A stretch of 32,000 nt of DNA from Desulfobulbus propionicus DSM 2032 (GTDB lineage Bacteria; Desulfobacterota; Desulfobulbia; Desulfobulbales; Desulfobulbaceae): the NCBI RefSeq assembly GCF_000186885.1, contig NC_014972.1:2940001-2972000 (forward strand), read 5' to 3'. A model generated the notes under the pieces. The model made no database searches. It had not been told where the DNA came from and worked only from the letters and a program-made list of their open reading frames with translations. The position numbers and the translations under genes are program-made. Shown here one piece after another: positions 1-9,428 of this stretch (position 1 is its first letter; each line of letters begins with the position of its first letter).

Positions 1-2660
1 TGAAAACCAAGCCGCGCGAGGGGCAGATGCGTGTCCAAGGTCAGTTGCTCCAAATCAAGCGGCAGGCGAAGGGGCAGACTGAGAAGAAAGGAGCCCGGCT
101 CGTTGCCGCTCAGGACGATCTCCCGGCCGATCATGGGCTGGAGCAGCGGCAGCAGCGCCGGAAAATGGGGGGTTAACCGTCCCTGCAGTTCCACACGGGC
201 CGTTGGCTGCGTCCGTATCAGCCCGGTTCCTTCGAGGCCAAACGGAGCGGCATGCAGGGAAAAGGCGGGAATCCTCACCTCTTCCTTGCCGTCCCGGGCG
301 CCGAGCGTGCGCATCTTGAGCGTCAGGCGGGGATCGGTGAACACGTTGCGGGTACCGTCAAACAAGGCAAAAGGCGCCATGGTCACGGTCAGATCGCCCT
401 CCACCACATCGTCGCTGGCCTGGCGGGTCCATGACGTCCGAGCCCTGCCCTTCACCCCCATGCCCTGTCCGATCCATCCCCCGGCCTTGGCCAGGCCCGC
501 CAGCAGGCTGGCGTCGTGATCGCCATGCACTTCCAGGGAAACGCCGGACCGTTTGTCGTGCCAATTGTCCATGGAATAACCGAAGTCAACGACATTGGCC
601 GCGCTCGTGAAACGCAGGTGGCGCAGATCGAGCTGATGGGCCGCGAAATCAAGCAGCAGAAAAGCCCGTTCCTGGTCATTCAAATCCTGCCAATTGTCGG
701 CAACCATCAACTGCCCCAAGGCAACGCCCCCTCTGGAAAGTGGGCCGCCCTCGAAACCGAGACCCACCCGTGGTTCACGGACCAACGGCCCTGCCTCGGT
801 GGCCACGAGCAGCTGAGCCACATGGCCGTCGAGGCGGTCCAGCACGATCCGTTGGCCGTTCCAGGTCCCCGATGCATCAAGCGACAGCTGCCCCTCCAGC
901 CCCAGGGGCAGCGGCCTGCCGCCAAGACCGCGCGCCACGGCACCCATCCGGCCCAGATCCGCCGTTCCCTTGACAAAACAATTGGCGGGGGGCCCCGATG
1001 CCTCCGCCAGTTCGATCGTTCGCGCCTCCGGCTGGATATTGTCGGCCTGCAGGGAAAATGTCCCGGGCCAGCCGGTTGCCTCCAACCGCAGGGCGTGCAT
1101 CCGGCCGTCACGGAACCATGTCGGCGGCCCTTCGATCTCCGCCCGCAGGGAGAGGTCGTGCTCGGGAAACAGCACGGCCTGCTCTCGCAGGAAACCAAAA
1201 CCGCCGATGTCCAGCCGACTTTCCAGCCGATACCGCCCGTCCTCCCCCAGGCGGGACGAGGCGGCGAATGCGGCCTGGCCTCGGGGCCGCACCTCCAGGG
1301 CGAAGATCTTGCCCAATTCGGCGAACATCCGGTCGAGATCGGCCTGCGCTTGCACGGTGAAAGCATCCAAGGTACCGCTGCCGCCGGCCTCGAAGAAAGG
1401 AGCCCGGGCCTGTGCGGTGCGCACCAAAATCTTCCCCTGGTTCGACTCGGCCTCAAGGTTCAAGCGCAACGGCGAATCCCAGGCGATATGCTGTCCCGCA
1501 TGTACTGCCTCCAGCCGCTCGGTCCCGCAGTCGGCCTTGACGGTCAGTTGATCGGGCCGCCCCGCAGCCTGGAGGGAAAAATCGACCCGCCCGTTCTCAA
1601 TGGTTGTCTTCTGGTGCACGGACAGCAGGTGGGGCAGCTGAGCCGCCATTGCCGCCAGGTCGAGCGAACCCGTGGCGGTCAACTGGACATCTTTCTGGTC
1701 CAGATGGCCACTTGCCTGGAATTGAAGCGGATCGGATCGAAGTTCCAAGGCGGACAGCCGCCAGCCTTCGTCGCGATGGTGGCTCCCGGTGAACGTGAAG
1801 CGCAGATCGGTCAAGAACGGCCGGTCTTGACCGAGCACGCCTCCAAAAAGCGCCATCTCCCGCAACGAGGCCTCGCCACGGAGTTCCGCGTCCCTGATCC
1901 CGGCGACGTTCAACCGGCAGGTGGCGTTCAGCAGTCCTTGGCCTCGGGGGAACTTGCCCCGTGCAGCGGCCAACTCAAGAAAATCGGCAATTTCCAGTTG
2001 GTGAATGTCGACCTCGGATTGGGAGATCAAGGATTCGGGCAGCGGCTGACCGGCGGGCGGTAGATTGACAAATCCTTGACTTTTCACCCGTCCCTCCGGG
2101 CCGGCTCGAAAATCCAGGACATAATTGATCGTCCCCACAGCCAAACTGGCGTCGAGGCGAAGGTCATGGGCGATTTTTCGTTCGCCGTGCTGGCCGGTCG
2201 CGAGCACCTGCCCGCCGTTCACCTTGAGCCGGAGGGTCAGACGGTCCCACCAGGGCATCGCCGTGGTGCCGTCCACGGCGACCGGTGGTTTCGGAGGGGC
2301 TGGCTGTTCTTTGCCTGCTGCTGAAGCCCGCAAGGCTATCGTGGGTTGGTCAAGAGTCATTTCCCCCAAATAGGCGGGGGCGAGCAGCAGGGCGAGCAGC
2401 CCTTTGTCGCTGAGCAGAAGGGGCGATCGCAGGTGAAGGCCCGAAAGAGGCTCGTCATAGCGGAGATTGTCGCATCGCAGCCCCTGCCACCATCCCAACG
2501 AACAGGATTGAACTTGGACCTTGCCGGCAAAATCTCGCGCAACCACGCCGAGAACAAACGGCGCAACCGCTGGGTGGAGCAGCAATCGAGGCAGGAAAAG
2601 CACCAACGCGGCGACCGCGAGAGAAGCGGCAAAGAGTTTCAAACGCCTGTTGCTGTTCAC
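1..2660 (-). CDS. Large AsmA/TamB-like (YdbH/DUF748-like) membrane-anchored protein, partial; runs off the left edge
   Basis: Manual minus-strand translation from GTG at 2660: VNSNRRLKLFAASLAVAALVLFLPRLLLHPAVAPFVLGVVARDFAGKVQVQSCSLGWWQGLRCDNLRYDEP..., an N-terminal TM anchor followed by a repetitive beta-rich body. The frame is still open at the window edge (...EIVLSGNEPGSFLLSLPLRLPLDLEQLTLDTHLPLARLGF). SD-like gaggga lies just upstream. It is absent from the ORF track because of the GTG start and edge truncation. Confidence 0.72.
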   Translation of the reverse strand, partial: MNSNRRLKLFAASLAVAALVLFLPRLLLHPAVAPFVLGVVARDFAGKVQVQSCSLGWWQGLRCDNLRYDEPLSGLHLRSPLLLSDKGLLALLLAPAYLGEMTLDQPTIALRASAAGKEQPAPPKPPVAVDGTTAMPWWDRLTLRLKVNGGQVLATGQHGERKIAHDLRLDASLAVGTINYVLDFRAGPEGRVKSQGFVNLPPAGQPLPESLISQSEVDIHQLEIADFLELAAARGKFPRGQGLLNATCRLNVAGIRDAELRGEASLREMALFGGVLGQDRPFLTDLRFTFTGSHHRDEGWRLSALELRSDPLQFQASGHLDQKDVQLTATGSLDLAAMAAQLPHLLSVHQKTTIENGRVDFSLQAAGRPDQLTVKADCGTERLEAVHAGQHIAWDSPLRLNLEAESNQGKILVRTAQARAPFFEAGGSGTLDAFTVQAQADLDRMFAELGKIFALEVRPRGQAAFAASSRLGEDGRYRLESRLDIGGFGFLREQAVLFPEHDLSLRAEIEGPPTWFRDGRMHALRLEATGWPGTFSLQADNIQPEARTIELAEASGPPANCFVKGTADLGRMGAVARGLGGRPLPLGLEGQLSLDASGTWNGQRIVLDRLDGHVAQLLVATEAGPLVREPRVGLGFEGGPLSRGGVALGQLMVADNWQDLNDQERAFLLLDFAAHQLDLRHLRFTSAANVVDFGYSMDNWHDKRSGVSLEVHGDHDASLLAGLAKAGGWIGQGMGVKGRARTSWTRQASDDVVEGDLTVTMAPFALFDGTRNVFTDPRLTLKMRTLGARDGKEEVRIPAFSLHAAPFGLEGTGLIRTQPTARVELQGRLTPHFPALLPLLQPMIGREIVLSGNEPGSFLLSLPLRLPLDLEQLTLDTHLPLARLGF

Positions 2661-2876
2661 CGTTCCCTCGGTCTTTCTTTGCTCTGCAAGCCTGTATAAC
2701 TGCTGAATCGCACAGGGTCAACTTGCCGCGAAAGGGTCCGCCTGTCAACCTTGGAATGGGCGAGAAAGACAAGAAATGTCCGTTGAATCCAAGATGATCG
2801 GTGCCCGCCCCCTCGGTGGCCCATATACCACATAAGCGTGGGATTAGCAGCGGGCAGCCGACGTCCAGGGCGGCGG

Positions 2877-3479
2877 TCAGGGAGAGGAGAACAGGGTGCC
2901 GCGACGGATCATGTCTTTGAGTTCCGTCATTTTTTTGCGGTAGCATTCCGGGCAGATGCCATGACTGAGCTCACTGCCGGTCGTCTTATTGAGAAATTGC
3001 TCGATGCTGATCCATTGCGTCTGACCGTTTTCGTCCTGCTCGGTGTCGCGAATCTTCTTGCATTCGCTGCAGATGGAGAGCAGCGATTCATACATCCGCA
3101 CGGTCTGCCGCAGTTTGCGATCAGCCAGGCAACGGCTGACCCGCAGGATCATTTCGTCATAGTCATAGGGCTTGGTCAGATAATCATCGGCACCCAGTCT
3201 GAGCGCGCCAACCGCCGCCTCCAGCTCCCGATGGCCGGTGAGGATGAACACCGCCTGATCCGGCCGCTTGTCCTTGGCCAACCGTAGGACTTCCAGGCCG
3301 TCGGTCCCTTCCATCATCAGATCGGTGATGATCAAATCATAGGCCTTGTCCAGGAGCCCCAGGGCCTCATCGCCGCTGGCCGCCAAATCCACCGCGTACC
3401 CCTGATCCAGCAGATCCAGGCGAAGGGTTTCCCGGATCAGCTCCTCGTCGTCGACGATCAAAATGGATGACGATTCCAT
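2877..3479 (-). CDS. Response regulator (REC domain) with C-terminal Cys-rich module (CSECKKIRD...SHGICPEC)
   Basis: ILIVDDEELIRETL...DLIITDLMMEGTDGLEVL...ILTGH...GADDYLTKP are REC motifs; the tail is CSECKKIRD-x(n)-SHGICPECYRK. Confidence 0.93.
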   Translation of the reverse strand: MESSSILIVDDEELIRETLRLDLLDQGYAVDLAASGDEALGLLDKAYDLIITDLMMEGTDGLEVLRLAKDKRPDQAVFILTGHRELEAAVGALRLGADDYLTKPYDYDEMILRVSRCLADRKLRQTVRMYESLLSICSECKKIRDTEQDENGQTQWISIEQFLNKTTGSELSHGICPECYRKKMTELKDMIRRGTLFSSP

Positions 3480-4633
3480 GACGCACTCCCTGCATTGTCC
3501 AGATTGGCGGCGGGCAGACTGACCGTCACAATCGATCCCCGGCCCGGCACGGCCTCAACCTGGATGAGTCCTTGATGCTTTCTGAGGATGTCGCGGACAA
3601 GCGACAACCCGGCCGCCCCGATCATGAACGATGAAGGGAGTTCATGCAACGGTGCAGCGGCGCTGGTGCCCTGCTCGGCCCTGTTCTCGACCTCAACCTG
3701 AATCCAATGCCCTGCTCGGCCGGTGCGGATGCGCATTTCGCCCCCTGTTGCCCCAATGCTGTCCCCCCTGGTCGTGATCAAATCGAGCAGCATCTGCTTG
3801 ATCTGGCTTTCCACCCCCGCCACGGGCAGGGGAGCCGCGCCATATTCCCGGCCACACCTGACCTTGCGGAATTTAAGATATTTGTCGAGCAGAAGCAGGA
3901 CGGAATCGAGCGCCTGGTGGAGATCGAATATCCGTCTCGCTTCAGGGCCGGGCACGGCGAACTGCTGCACCGCACGCAACAGGTGTTGCATGCGGGTGCA
4001 CTGTCCAAGCGCCAAGTCGAGGAGGCTCCGTTCCGCGGCTGCGGGATCGGTTTTCCTTGCCATCCGTTCGACCACGCCGCGCACCCCGCAGAGCGGATTG
4101 TTGAGTTCATGAACAAGCGACACGGTCAGCGCGCCGATGGTCCGCAACTTCTCCTGCATCAGCGGCTCTGGACCGCCCCGGTCGTCTACCGCATCGGCCA
4201 AATGTTCAGATTCCTTGCTCTCTCCGGCCTCATGCACGACAAGCACCAGCTCGGGCTGTCGACCGGCGCCGGCGGCAAGAGGAACCGCACTGTAGACGAC
4301 GGACAGCAAGGCGCCGTCCTTGCGCTGCCATTGGCCGGAACGCGCACACAGCGGCTGGCTGCCGGGTAATGTGGGCAGGGGGGGTGGCGAATTGGCACAG
4401 GCAAACAACAGGCCCCAGTGCCGGCCGAGCAGCTCCTCGCTCGGAAAACCGGTCAATTGGGCCAGCCCCTGATCAACGGCCCGGAAACACCCTTTATCCA
4501 GGACGCCCAGTCCAACAATCGCCGCTGACCGGGGTTCCGCCTCGCCGCAGTCTTCTGGAACCGCCGCGAGCGGCATGTGCAGTGAGAATTTGACCGCGTC
4601 GATTAACGGATCATCGTGCTGTTCCCTGGACAT
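3458..4633 (-). CDS. PAS-containing sensor histidine kinase
   Basis: PAS-like N-terminus, H-box LTVSLVHELNNPLCG, C-terminal ATPase G-box (GAAGLSLVRDILRKHQGLIQVEAVPGRGSIVTVSLP). The start is moved from the track's 4954 to MSREQHDDPL at 4633. It overlaps the response regulator by 22 bp. Confidence 0.88.
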   Translation of the reverse strand: MSREQHDDPLIDAVKFSLHMPLAAVPEDCGEAEPRSAAIVGLGVLDKGCFRAVDQGLAQLTGFPSEELLGRHWGLLFACANSPPPLPTLPGSQPLCARSGQWQRKDGALLSVVYSAVPLAAGAGRQPELVLVVHEAGESKESEHLADAVDDRGGPEPLMQEKLRTIGALTVSLVHELNNPLCGVRGVVERMARKTDPAAAERSLLDLALGQCTRMQHLLRAVQQFAVPGPEARRIFDLHQALDSVLLLLDKYLKFRKVRCGREYGAAPLPVAGVESQIKQMLLDLITTRGDSIGATGGEMRIRTGRAGHWIQVEVENRAEQGTSAAAPLHELPSSFMIGAAGLSLVRDILRKHQGLIQVEAVPGRGSIVTVSLPAANLDNAGSASWNRHPF

Positions 4634-4936
4634 CCTGCCTCTCCCAAGCAGATTCCGCCACGCTGCCGCCCTTCGAGTGGCGGCATGATGTACAATGGAT
4701 TCAGGTGATGTAATTTTTCCCTGCCGTGGCAATGCCGTCTCATATAGCAAACCAACAGGTAAACGGCACGCCAAAAAATTGAACCGCCGACACGGGTTCC
4801 CGGCTTTCCGGGTGCAAAAATAGGGCGGGCGGGAAGGATTGTGTTTATAGTCATCCCGTTTTGTCCGTGAACGGTGTCCACCGCCTTCGCGGCCAACCCA
4901 CGCCGACCACAACAAACAAAACAAGGAACAACCCTC

Positions 4937-5359
4937 ATGTGGAAAAAACCGCACACTCTTGAGGAACTCCAGGCCGCCTGCACCTCAACCCTGGTGCAGA
5001 CCCTGGGCATCGAATTCACCGCCGTGGGCGAGGATTACATCGAGGGACGGATGCCAGTCGATGAACGAACCATGCAGCCGATGGGTCTCCTCCACGGCGG
5101 TGCATCGGCTGCATTGGCGGAAACCTTGGGTGGAGCCGGGGCCTATCTGTGCGTCGAAGAAGGGACGATCTGCGTCGGACTAGAAATCAATGCCAACCAC
5201 ATCCGCCCGGCTCGGCGAGGCTGGGTGATCGGTCGGGCCACCCGGCTGCACCAGGGACGGACCACCCAGGTATGGAATATCATGATCCGTGACGAGCAGG
5301 ATCAGCTGATCTGCGTTTCCCGTCTGACCGTGGCCGTGCGCCCGTCGGTGCAGCGATGA
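4937..5359 (+). CDS. PaaI/YdiI-like hotdog-fold thioesterase
   Basis: MWKKPHTLEELQ...LGIEFTAVGEDYIEGRMPVDERTMQPMGLLHGGASAALAETLG...GLEINANHIRPARRGWVIGRA. Start is trimmed to ATG 4937. Confidence 0.88.
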   Translation: MWKKPHTLEELQAACTSTLVQTLGIEFTAVGEDYIEGRMPVDERTMQPMGLLHGGASAALAETLGGAGAYLCVEEGTICVGLEINANHIRPARRGWVIGRATRLHQGRTTQVWNIMIRDEQDQLICVSRLTVAVRPSVQR

Positions 5360-5385
5360 CCACCGCCCGTGGCGCTACAGGTCGA

Positions 5386-5417
5386 CAACGGCAACAGGCC
5401 GTCCCCTATTGCCGTTG
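5386..5417. other. Inverted repeat / stem-loop CAACGGCAA-N14-TTGCCGTTG between thioesterase and PilZ genes
   Basis: Perfect 9-bp arms 5386-5394 and 5409-5417, with no T-tract in terminator orientation on either strand. Confidence 0.5.
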
Positions 5418-5429
5418 AAAAAAACAACC

Positions 5430-5867
5430 TTATATTGAGTGCCTGAGAACTTTCGACGCATAGATGCCGGCGATGTACTGGCGCATCGGCACGTCAAGAC
5501 CGACAAACATCAATCCGGTGGTGAAGTGGTGATCGCGCCGCTGCACATGCCGAACTTGGGCGCGGGCAATGATCTTCTCCCGGCCGAGCATCATGCCCAC
5601 CTTGAGATTTTGATATTCATCCAGCCGGGTGGGAAGATCAACGGCCAGACCGTTCTCACACAAATCCCGCAGAGACCCGCTGACGGTGGCCGTTGTGGTT
5701 GCCACCTGAACCTCGAACCGCTGCGAGCCGAACAGCTGCGATAACTCCGTCAAGGTCATACGTTTGTGCGCACGCTGGCCGTTGGCACTCTGGGGCTGAT
5801 AATCCCAATCCATCTCCAACCCCTCCAGAGGAGGAATGTCACCCCATTTTTTCTTCTCCATCTTCAC
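5430..5867 (-). CDS. PilZ-domain protein (putative c-di-GMP receptor)
   Basis: RFEVQVATTTATVSGSLRDLCENGLAVDLPTRL...HHFTTGLMFVGLDVPMRQYIAGIY resembles a PilZ domain. Confidence 0.7.
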   Translation of the reverse strand: MKMEKKKWGDIPPLEGLEMDWDYQPQSANGQRAHKRMTLTELSQLFGSQRFEVQVATTTATVSGSLRDLCENGLAVDLPTRLDEYQNLKVGMMLGREKIIARAQVRHVQRRDHHFTTGLMFVGLDVPMRQYIAGIYASKVLRHSI

Positions 5868-6228
5868 TTCCTCCCGTGCGGTTCCATTGGGACCTGCAGC
5901 CCATGGCGACGTTCAGCCGTTTCCTGTCCAACGTAGAAAAACCACCAAATTGAACGCATTAAAAATATTTTAATATTCAACCGGATATTACGCAAGCTAG
6001 GACGCACAGAGACGTGTCTCGTGGTGGCGGGTTGCGAGGCGACCTCCCCCGGAGATCGAGCGCACTGTTGAGCCGAGTACACAACACACATCGGCACAAT
6101 CAACGGTGGGTCGCGGTGAATGCCCTATTTCATTGCGATCCGTTCGTCTGCCAGTCATCGGCGGCCCAAGCAGAAATGAAAAAATGAAAAAACAATAGGA
6201 TGAGCAACACCCAGAGCGCTTGGTGAGC

Positions 6229-6270
6229 AAAAAAAAAGAGAGGGCAAGTCAACTTGACTTACCCTCTCTT
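6229..6270 (-). terminator. Rho-independent terminator downstream of tRNA-fMet
   Basis: Near-perfect 17-bp arms AAGAGAGGGTAAGTCAA / TTGACTTGCCCTCTCTT (minus strand) followed by a run of T. Confidence 0.9.
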
Positions 6271-6279
6271 GTATCTCCA

Positions 6280-6356
<77 letters not shown>

Positions 6357-6402
6357 TTGCAATCAGGGCATAATACCCGATTTTATTTTGCCGTCAAGTT
6401 GT

Positions 6403-6864
6403 TTATGCAGCGCTCTTGCTTTTTTCCAGGATCGCCTGGATCTTGTCCAGCACGGACTGGGGAAAAGGAGTCAGTTTACCTTGACGGTTGACGCAGGCAT
6501 GCACGGTGAACCCCTTCACCAGCAGGGTCGACTTGCCGTCGGCCTGCTCGCGGCTGATGGCATAGTGAAAGCGGCAGGTCAGCTTACTCACCTCAACCAG
6601 AGAAACGGCGATGGTGATGAGGTCGTCGTAGGCGGCCGGGGCCTTGAAGCGGAGATAGCTTTCGGTCACCGGCAGGATGCAGCCCAACTGCTCGATGGCG
6701 CTGTAGGGCAGGGCCCAAGCCCGCATCATCTCGGTGCGGCCGATCTCGAAGTAGCGCAGGTAATTGGCGTTGTAAACCACGCCGGCGGCATCGGTATCGC
6801 CGTAGATCACCCGATAGGTGGTGGTGAAAATCGGCTCCATCAAATTGATTGCGAGCTTGCTCAC
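6403..6864 (-). CDS. YbgC/FadM-family acyl-CoA thioesterase
   Basis: YRVIYGDTDAAGVVYNANYLRYFEIGRTEMMRAWALPYSAIEQLGCILPVTESYLRFKAPAAYDD. Confidence 0.93.
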   Translation of the reverse strand: MSKLAINLMEPIFTTTYRVIYGDTDAAGVVYNANYLRYFEIGRTEMMRAWALPYSAIEQLGCILPVTESYLRFKAPAAYDDLITIAVSLVEVSKLTCRFHYAISREQADGKSTLLVKGFTVHACVNRQGKLTPFPQSVLDKIQAILEKSKSAA

Positions 6865-8093
6865 GCCGCATCCTCCTGTTCGACAAAGCGACGGAAAAAG
6901 GCGGCACCCGAATCGAGGGTCAAGCCGTTCTCTTGTACGGCCGCCAGAACATTGGCCTCGGTGTAGGTGCGGCCCGAGGGATGCTTTACTCCCCGTGAAT
7001 CGTAAAGGAACATCGGCACCGGCCAGTCTTCGTGGGTACGGCGGTGAATAGGGGTGTAATGATCCATGGTCACCACCAGGCGGAAGGGCTCCCCGCGACG
7101 CTCCATCGCTTCAACGATCGGGGTGACAATCCTGCGGTCAAAATCGGTCACCGCCTGGACCTTCTCCCCGGCCAACCCCTGATGCCCGGTCTCATCCGGA
7201 GCCTCGACATGGACCAGGACAAAATCGTCCCGCTCCAGCACTTTGAGCGCGGCCTCTGCCTTGCCTTCGTAATTGGTGTCGAGATAGCCGGTGGCGCCGG
7301 GCACCTCGATCACCTCCAACCCCCCGAGCACGCCAAGTCCCTTGAGCAGGTCCACCGCCGAGATCAGGCCGCCGCGAATGCCGAAACGGTGCTCCAGGGT
7401 TTCCATGGCCGGCCTCCGGCCCTCGCCCCACAGCCAAATACCGTTGGCCGTTCGTTTGCCCAACCGCTGCCGCTCCCGATTGACCGGATGATCGGCAAAC
7501 ATCTCTGCCGCCCGGGCCATCAGGACACGGAAGGGTTCGACCTGCTCATAGACTTGAAAATAACCGGCCACATCCTGATCGGAATGATCGTGGGGCGGCA
7601 CGGTGGTGAAGCCGGCGGGCAACTCGCCGTGATAGACCAACAGGTGACGATAGCTGACGCCGGGATAGAGGGTCAGTTCCTTGCTGCCGCATTCGGCCTG
7701 GAGAGCGGCGATGAGCTGGCGGCTTTCCTCGGTGGTGATGTGGCCGCTGCTGTAATCGACCATGATCAGGCGACCGTCGCCCGGCCGCTCCACATGCACG
7801 AGATTGCAGCGGAAGGCGATTTCCTCGGCAGTCAGTTCCACGCCCAGGCTTGCGGCTTCCAGCGGGGCCCGGCCGGTATAATACCGTTCGGGCTCGTAGC
7901 CCATCAGGGAAAGGTTGGCGACGTCACTGCCCGGCGGATAGCCCTCGGGCACGGTCCGCACCACGAGCATCTCGGCGGATCGCGCCAGCCGATCCATGGT
8001 CGGCGTTTCGGCCACCTCCAGGGGTGTCTGGTTATGCAAGGCCGGGACCGGGACATCGCCCATGCCGTCGCCGATAAGCAGAATATATTTCAT
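6861..8093 (-). CDS. apgM: Cofactor-independent phosphoglycerate mutase, archaeal/apgM type; possible homoserine kinase by context
   Basis: MKYILLIGDGMGDVPVPALHNQTPLEVAETPTMDRLARS...PPGSDVANLSLMGYEPERYYTGRAPLEAASLG...DETGHQG. It lies directly downstream of hom. Confidence 0.88.
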   Translation of the reverse strand: MKYILLIGDGMGDVPVPALHNQTPLEVAETPTMDRLARSAEMLVVRTVPEGYPPGSDVANLSLMGYEPERYYTGRAPLEAASLGVELTAEEIAFRCNLVHVERPGDGRLIMVDYSSGHITTEESRQLIAALQAECGSKELTLYPGVSYRHLLVYHGELPAGFTTVPPHDHSDQDVAGYFQVYEQVEPFRVLMARAAEMFADHPVNRERQRLGKRTANGIWLWGEGRRPAMETLEHRFGIRGGLISAVDLLKGLGVLGGLEVIEVPGATGYLDTNYEGKAEAALKVLERDDFVLVHVEAPDETGHQGLAGEKVQAVTDFDRRIVTPIVEAMERRGEPFRLVVTMDHYTPIHRRTHEDWPVPMFLYDSRGVKHPSGRTYTEANVLAAVQENGLTLDSGAAFFRRFVEQEDAA

Positions 8094-8123
8094 AGGATCA
8101 CACCCAATAGATTCGGGGAAAAT

Positions 8124-9428
8124 TTATTCTTCCTCGAGGATGCGGATTTTGACCACCGGTGCGGTCACGCTCGCCAACCGGTTGATCTCGTCCAGGGCCG
8201 CGCTCACCGCCGATTCCTTGGCGCTGTGGGTGACGATCACCACGGCGACGGCCCCGATCTTCTTGCGTCCCTTCTGAATAACCGATTCGATGCTGATCTC
8301 GTACTTGCTGAGAATCCCGGCAACGGTGGCGAGGACGCCCGGTTGATCAAGCACGGTGAGTCGGAAATAGTAGGGGCCGCACAATTCGTCCATGGGAGTG
8401 ATCCGTCGCGGCCGCATTGCTTCGGGCAGATAGGACAGGGCTGGCACCCGACCGATGGAATGACAGCGGATGTTGCGGGCGATATCGACCACATCGGCGG
8501 CCACCGCACTGCCGGTGGGGATGGAACCGGCCCCCAGACCGTAGAGCAGTACGTTGCCCACGGTGTCGCCATGAAAATGGATGGCGTTGTAGGCGCCATT
8601 GATCGAGGCCAGCAGGTGGCCCTGGGGGACCATGGTCGGGTGGACTCGTGCCTCGACGTGGTCACCGTGGTTACGGCTGATGGCCAGCAGCTTGATTCGA
8701 CAGCCGAGCTCGCGGGCCAGCTCGATGTCCATGGGCTCGATGCGCGAGATGCCCTCGGTGGCGATCTCGTGATGGGTGATCGGCATGCCGTAGGCCATGG
8801 TCATGAGAATGGCCAACTTATGGGCGGTGTCAATGCCCTCGACGTCATAGGTGGGGTCCGCCTCGGCAAAACCCAATTTCTGCGCGTCCTTGAGCACTTC
8901 GGCAAAAGGCATGCCCTCATCGGTCATGCGGGTCAGAATATAGTTGGCGGTGCCGTTCATGATGCCCATGATCGACAGAATCCGATTGGCCACCAGCCCC
9001 TCCTTGAGCGCCTTGATCACCGGGATGCCTCCGCCCACGCTGGCTTCGAACCCGACCTCGACGCCCCGCTTGGCGGCGGCGGCAAAGATCTCGGCGCCTT
9101 CCTGAGACAGCAGGGCCTTGTTGGCGGTGATCACATGTTTGCCATGGGCGATGGCCTCGAGGACAAAAGTCTTGGCCGGCTCGATGCCGCCGATCAGTTC
9201 GACGATGATGTCGATGTCTGGATCGTTGATCAGGGTCCGGGCGTCTTGGGTCAAGGGAATATCGCTAAACCGCTCTGGCAGGGCCGCGGTGCCATGATCG
9301 GCAATACCCGCCAGACGGATGGTCATGCCGGTTCGCCTGACCAGCCGTTCCCGCTGCGACAGCAGCACTTCCGCCAACCCTTTGCCCACCGTGCCAAAAC
9401 CGATCAGTCCGACTTTGATTTCCTTCAT
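8124..9428 (-). CDS. hom: Homoserine dehydrogenase with C-terminal ACT domain
   Basis: MKEIKVGLIGFGTVGKGLAEVL...VITANKALLSQEGAEIFAAA...EASVGGGIPVIKALKEGLVANRI...GIMNGTANYILTRM; ACT region YYFRLTVLDQPGVLATVAGILSKYEISIESVIQ. Start ATG 9428. Confidence 0.96.
   Translation of the reverse strand: MKEIKVGLIGFGTVGKGLAEVLLSQRERLVRRTGMTIRLAGIADHGTAALPERFSDIPLTQDARTLINDPDIDIIVELIGGIEPAKTFVLEAIAHGKHVITANKALLSQEGAEIFAAAAKRGVEVGFEASVGGGIPVIKALKEGLVANRILSIMGIMNGTANYILTRMTDEGMPFAEVLKDAQKLGFAEADPTYDVEGIDTAHKLAILMTMAYGMPITHHEIATEGISRIEPMDIELARELGCRIKLLAISRNHGDHVEARVHPTMVPQGHLLASINGAYNAIHFHGDTVGNVLLYGLGAGSIPTGSAVAADVVDIARNIRCHSIGRVPALSYLPEAMRPRRITPMDELCGPYYFRLTVLDQPGVLATVAGILSKYEISIESVIQKGRKKIGAVAVVIVTHSAKESAVSAALDEINRLASVTAPVVKIRILEEE

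Noticed and set aside
516-2063. 515-aa plus-strand ORF
   Set aside because: Antisense to the GTG-start AsmA/TamB-like reading frame; low-complexity Gln/Pro/Gly-rich translation.
2455-2946. 163-aa minus-strand ORF between the response regulator and the AsmA-like gene
   Set aside because: It overlaps both neighbouring frames, has no domain features and looks like a chance ORF.
5868-6228. c-di-GMP riboswitch upstream of PilZ gene
   Set aside because: I looked for GEMM-like conserved loops on both strands and did not find a convincing match; only the AT-rich dyad is reported.
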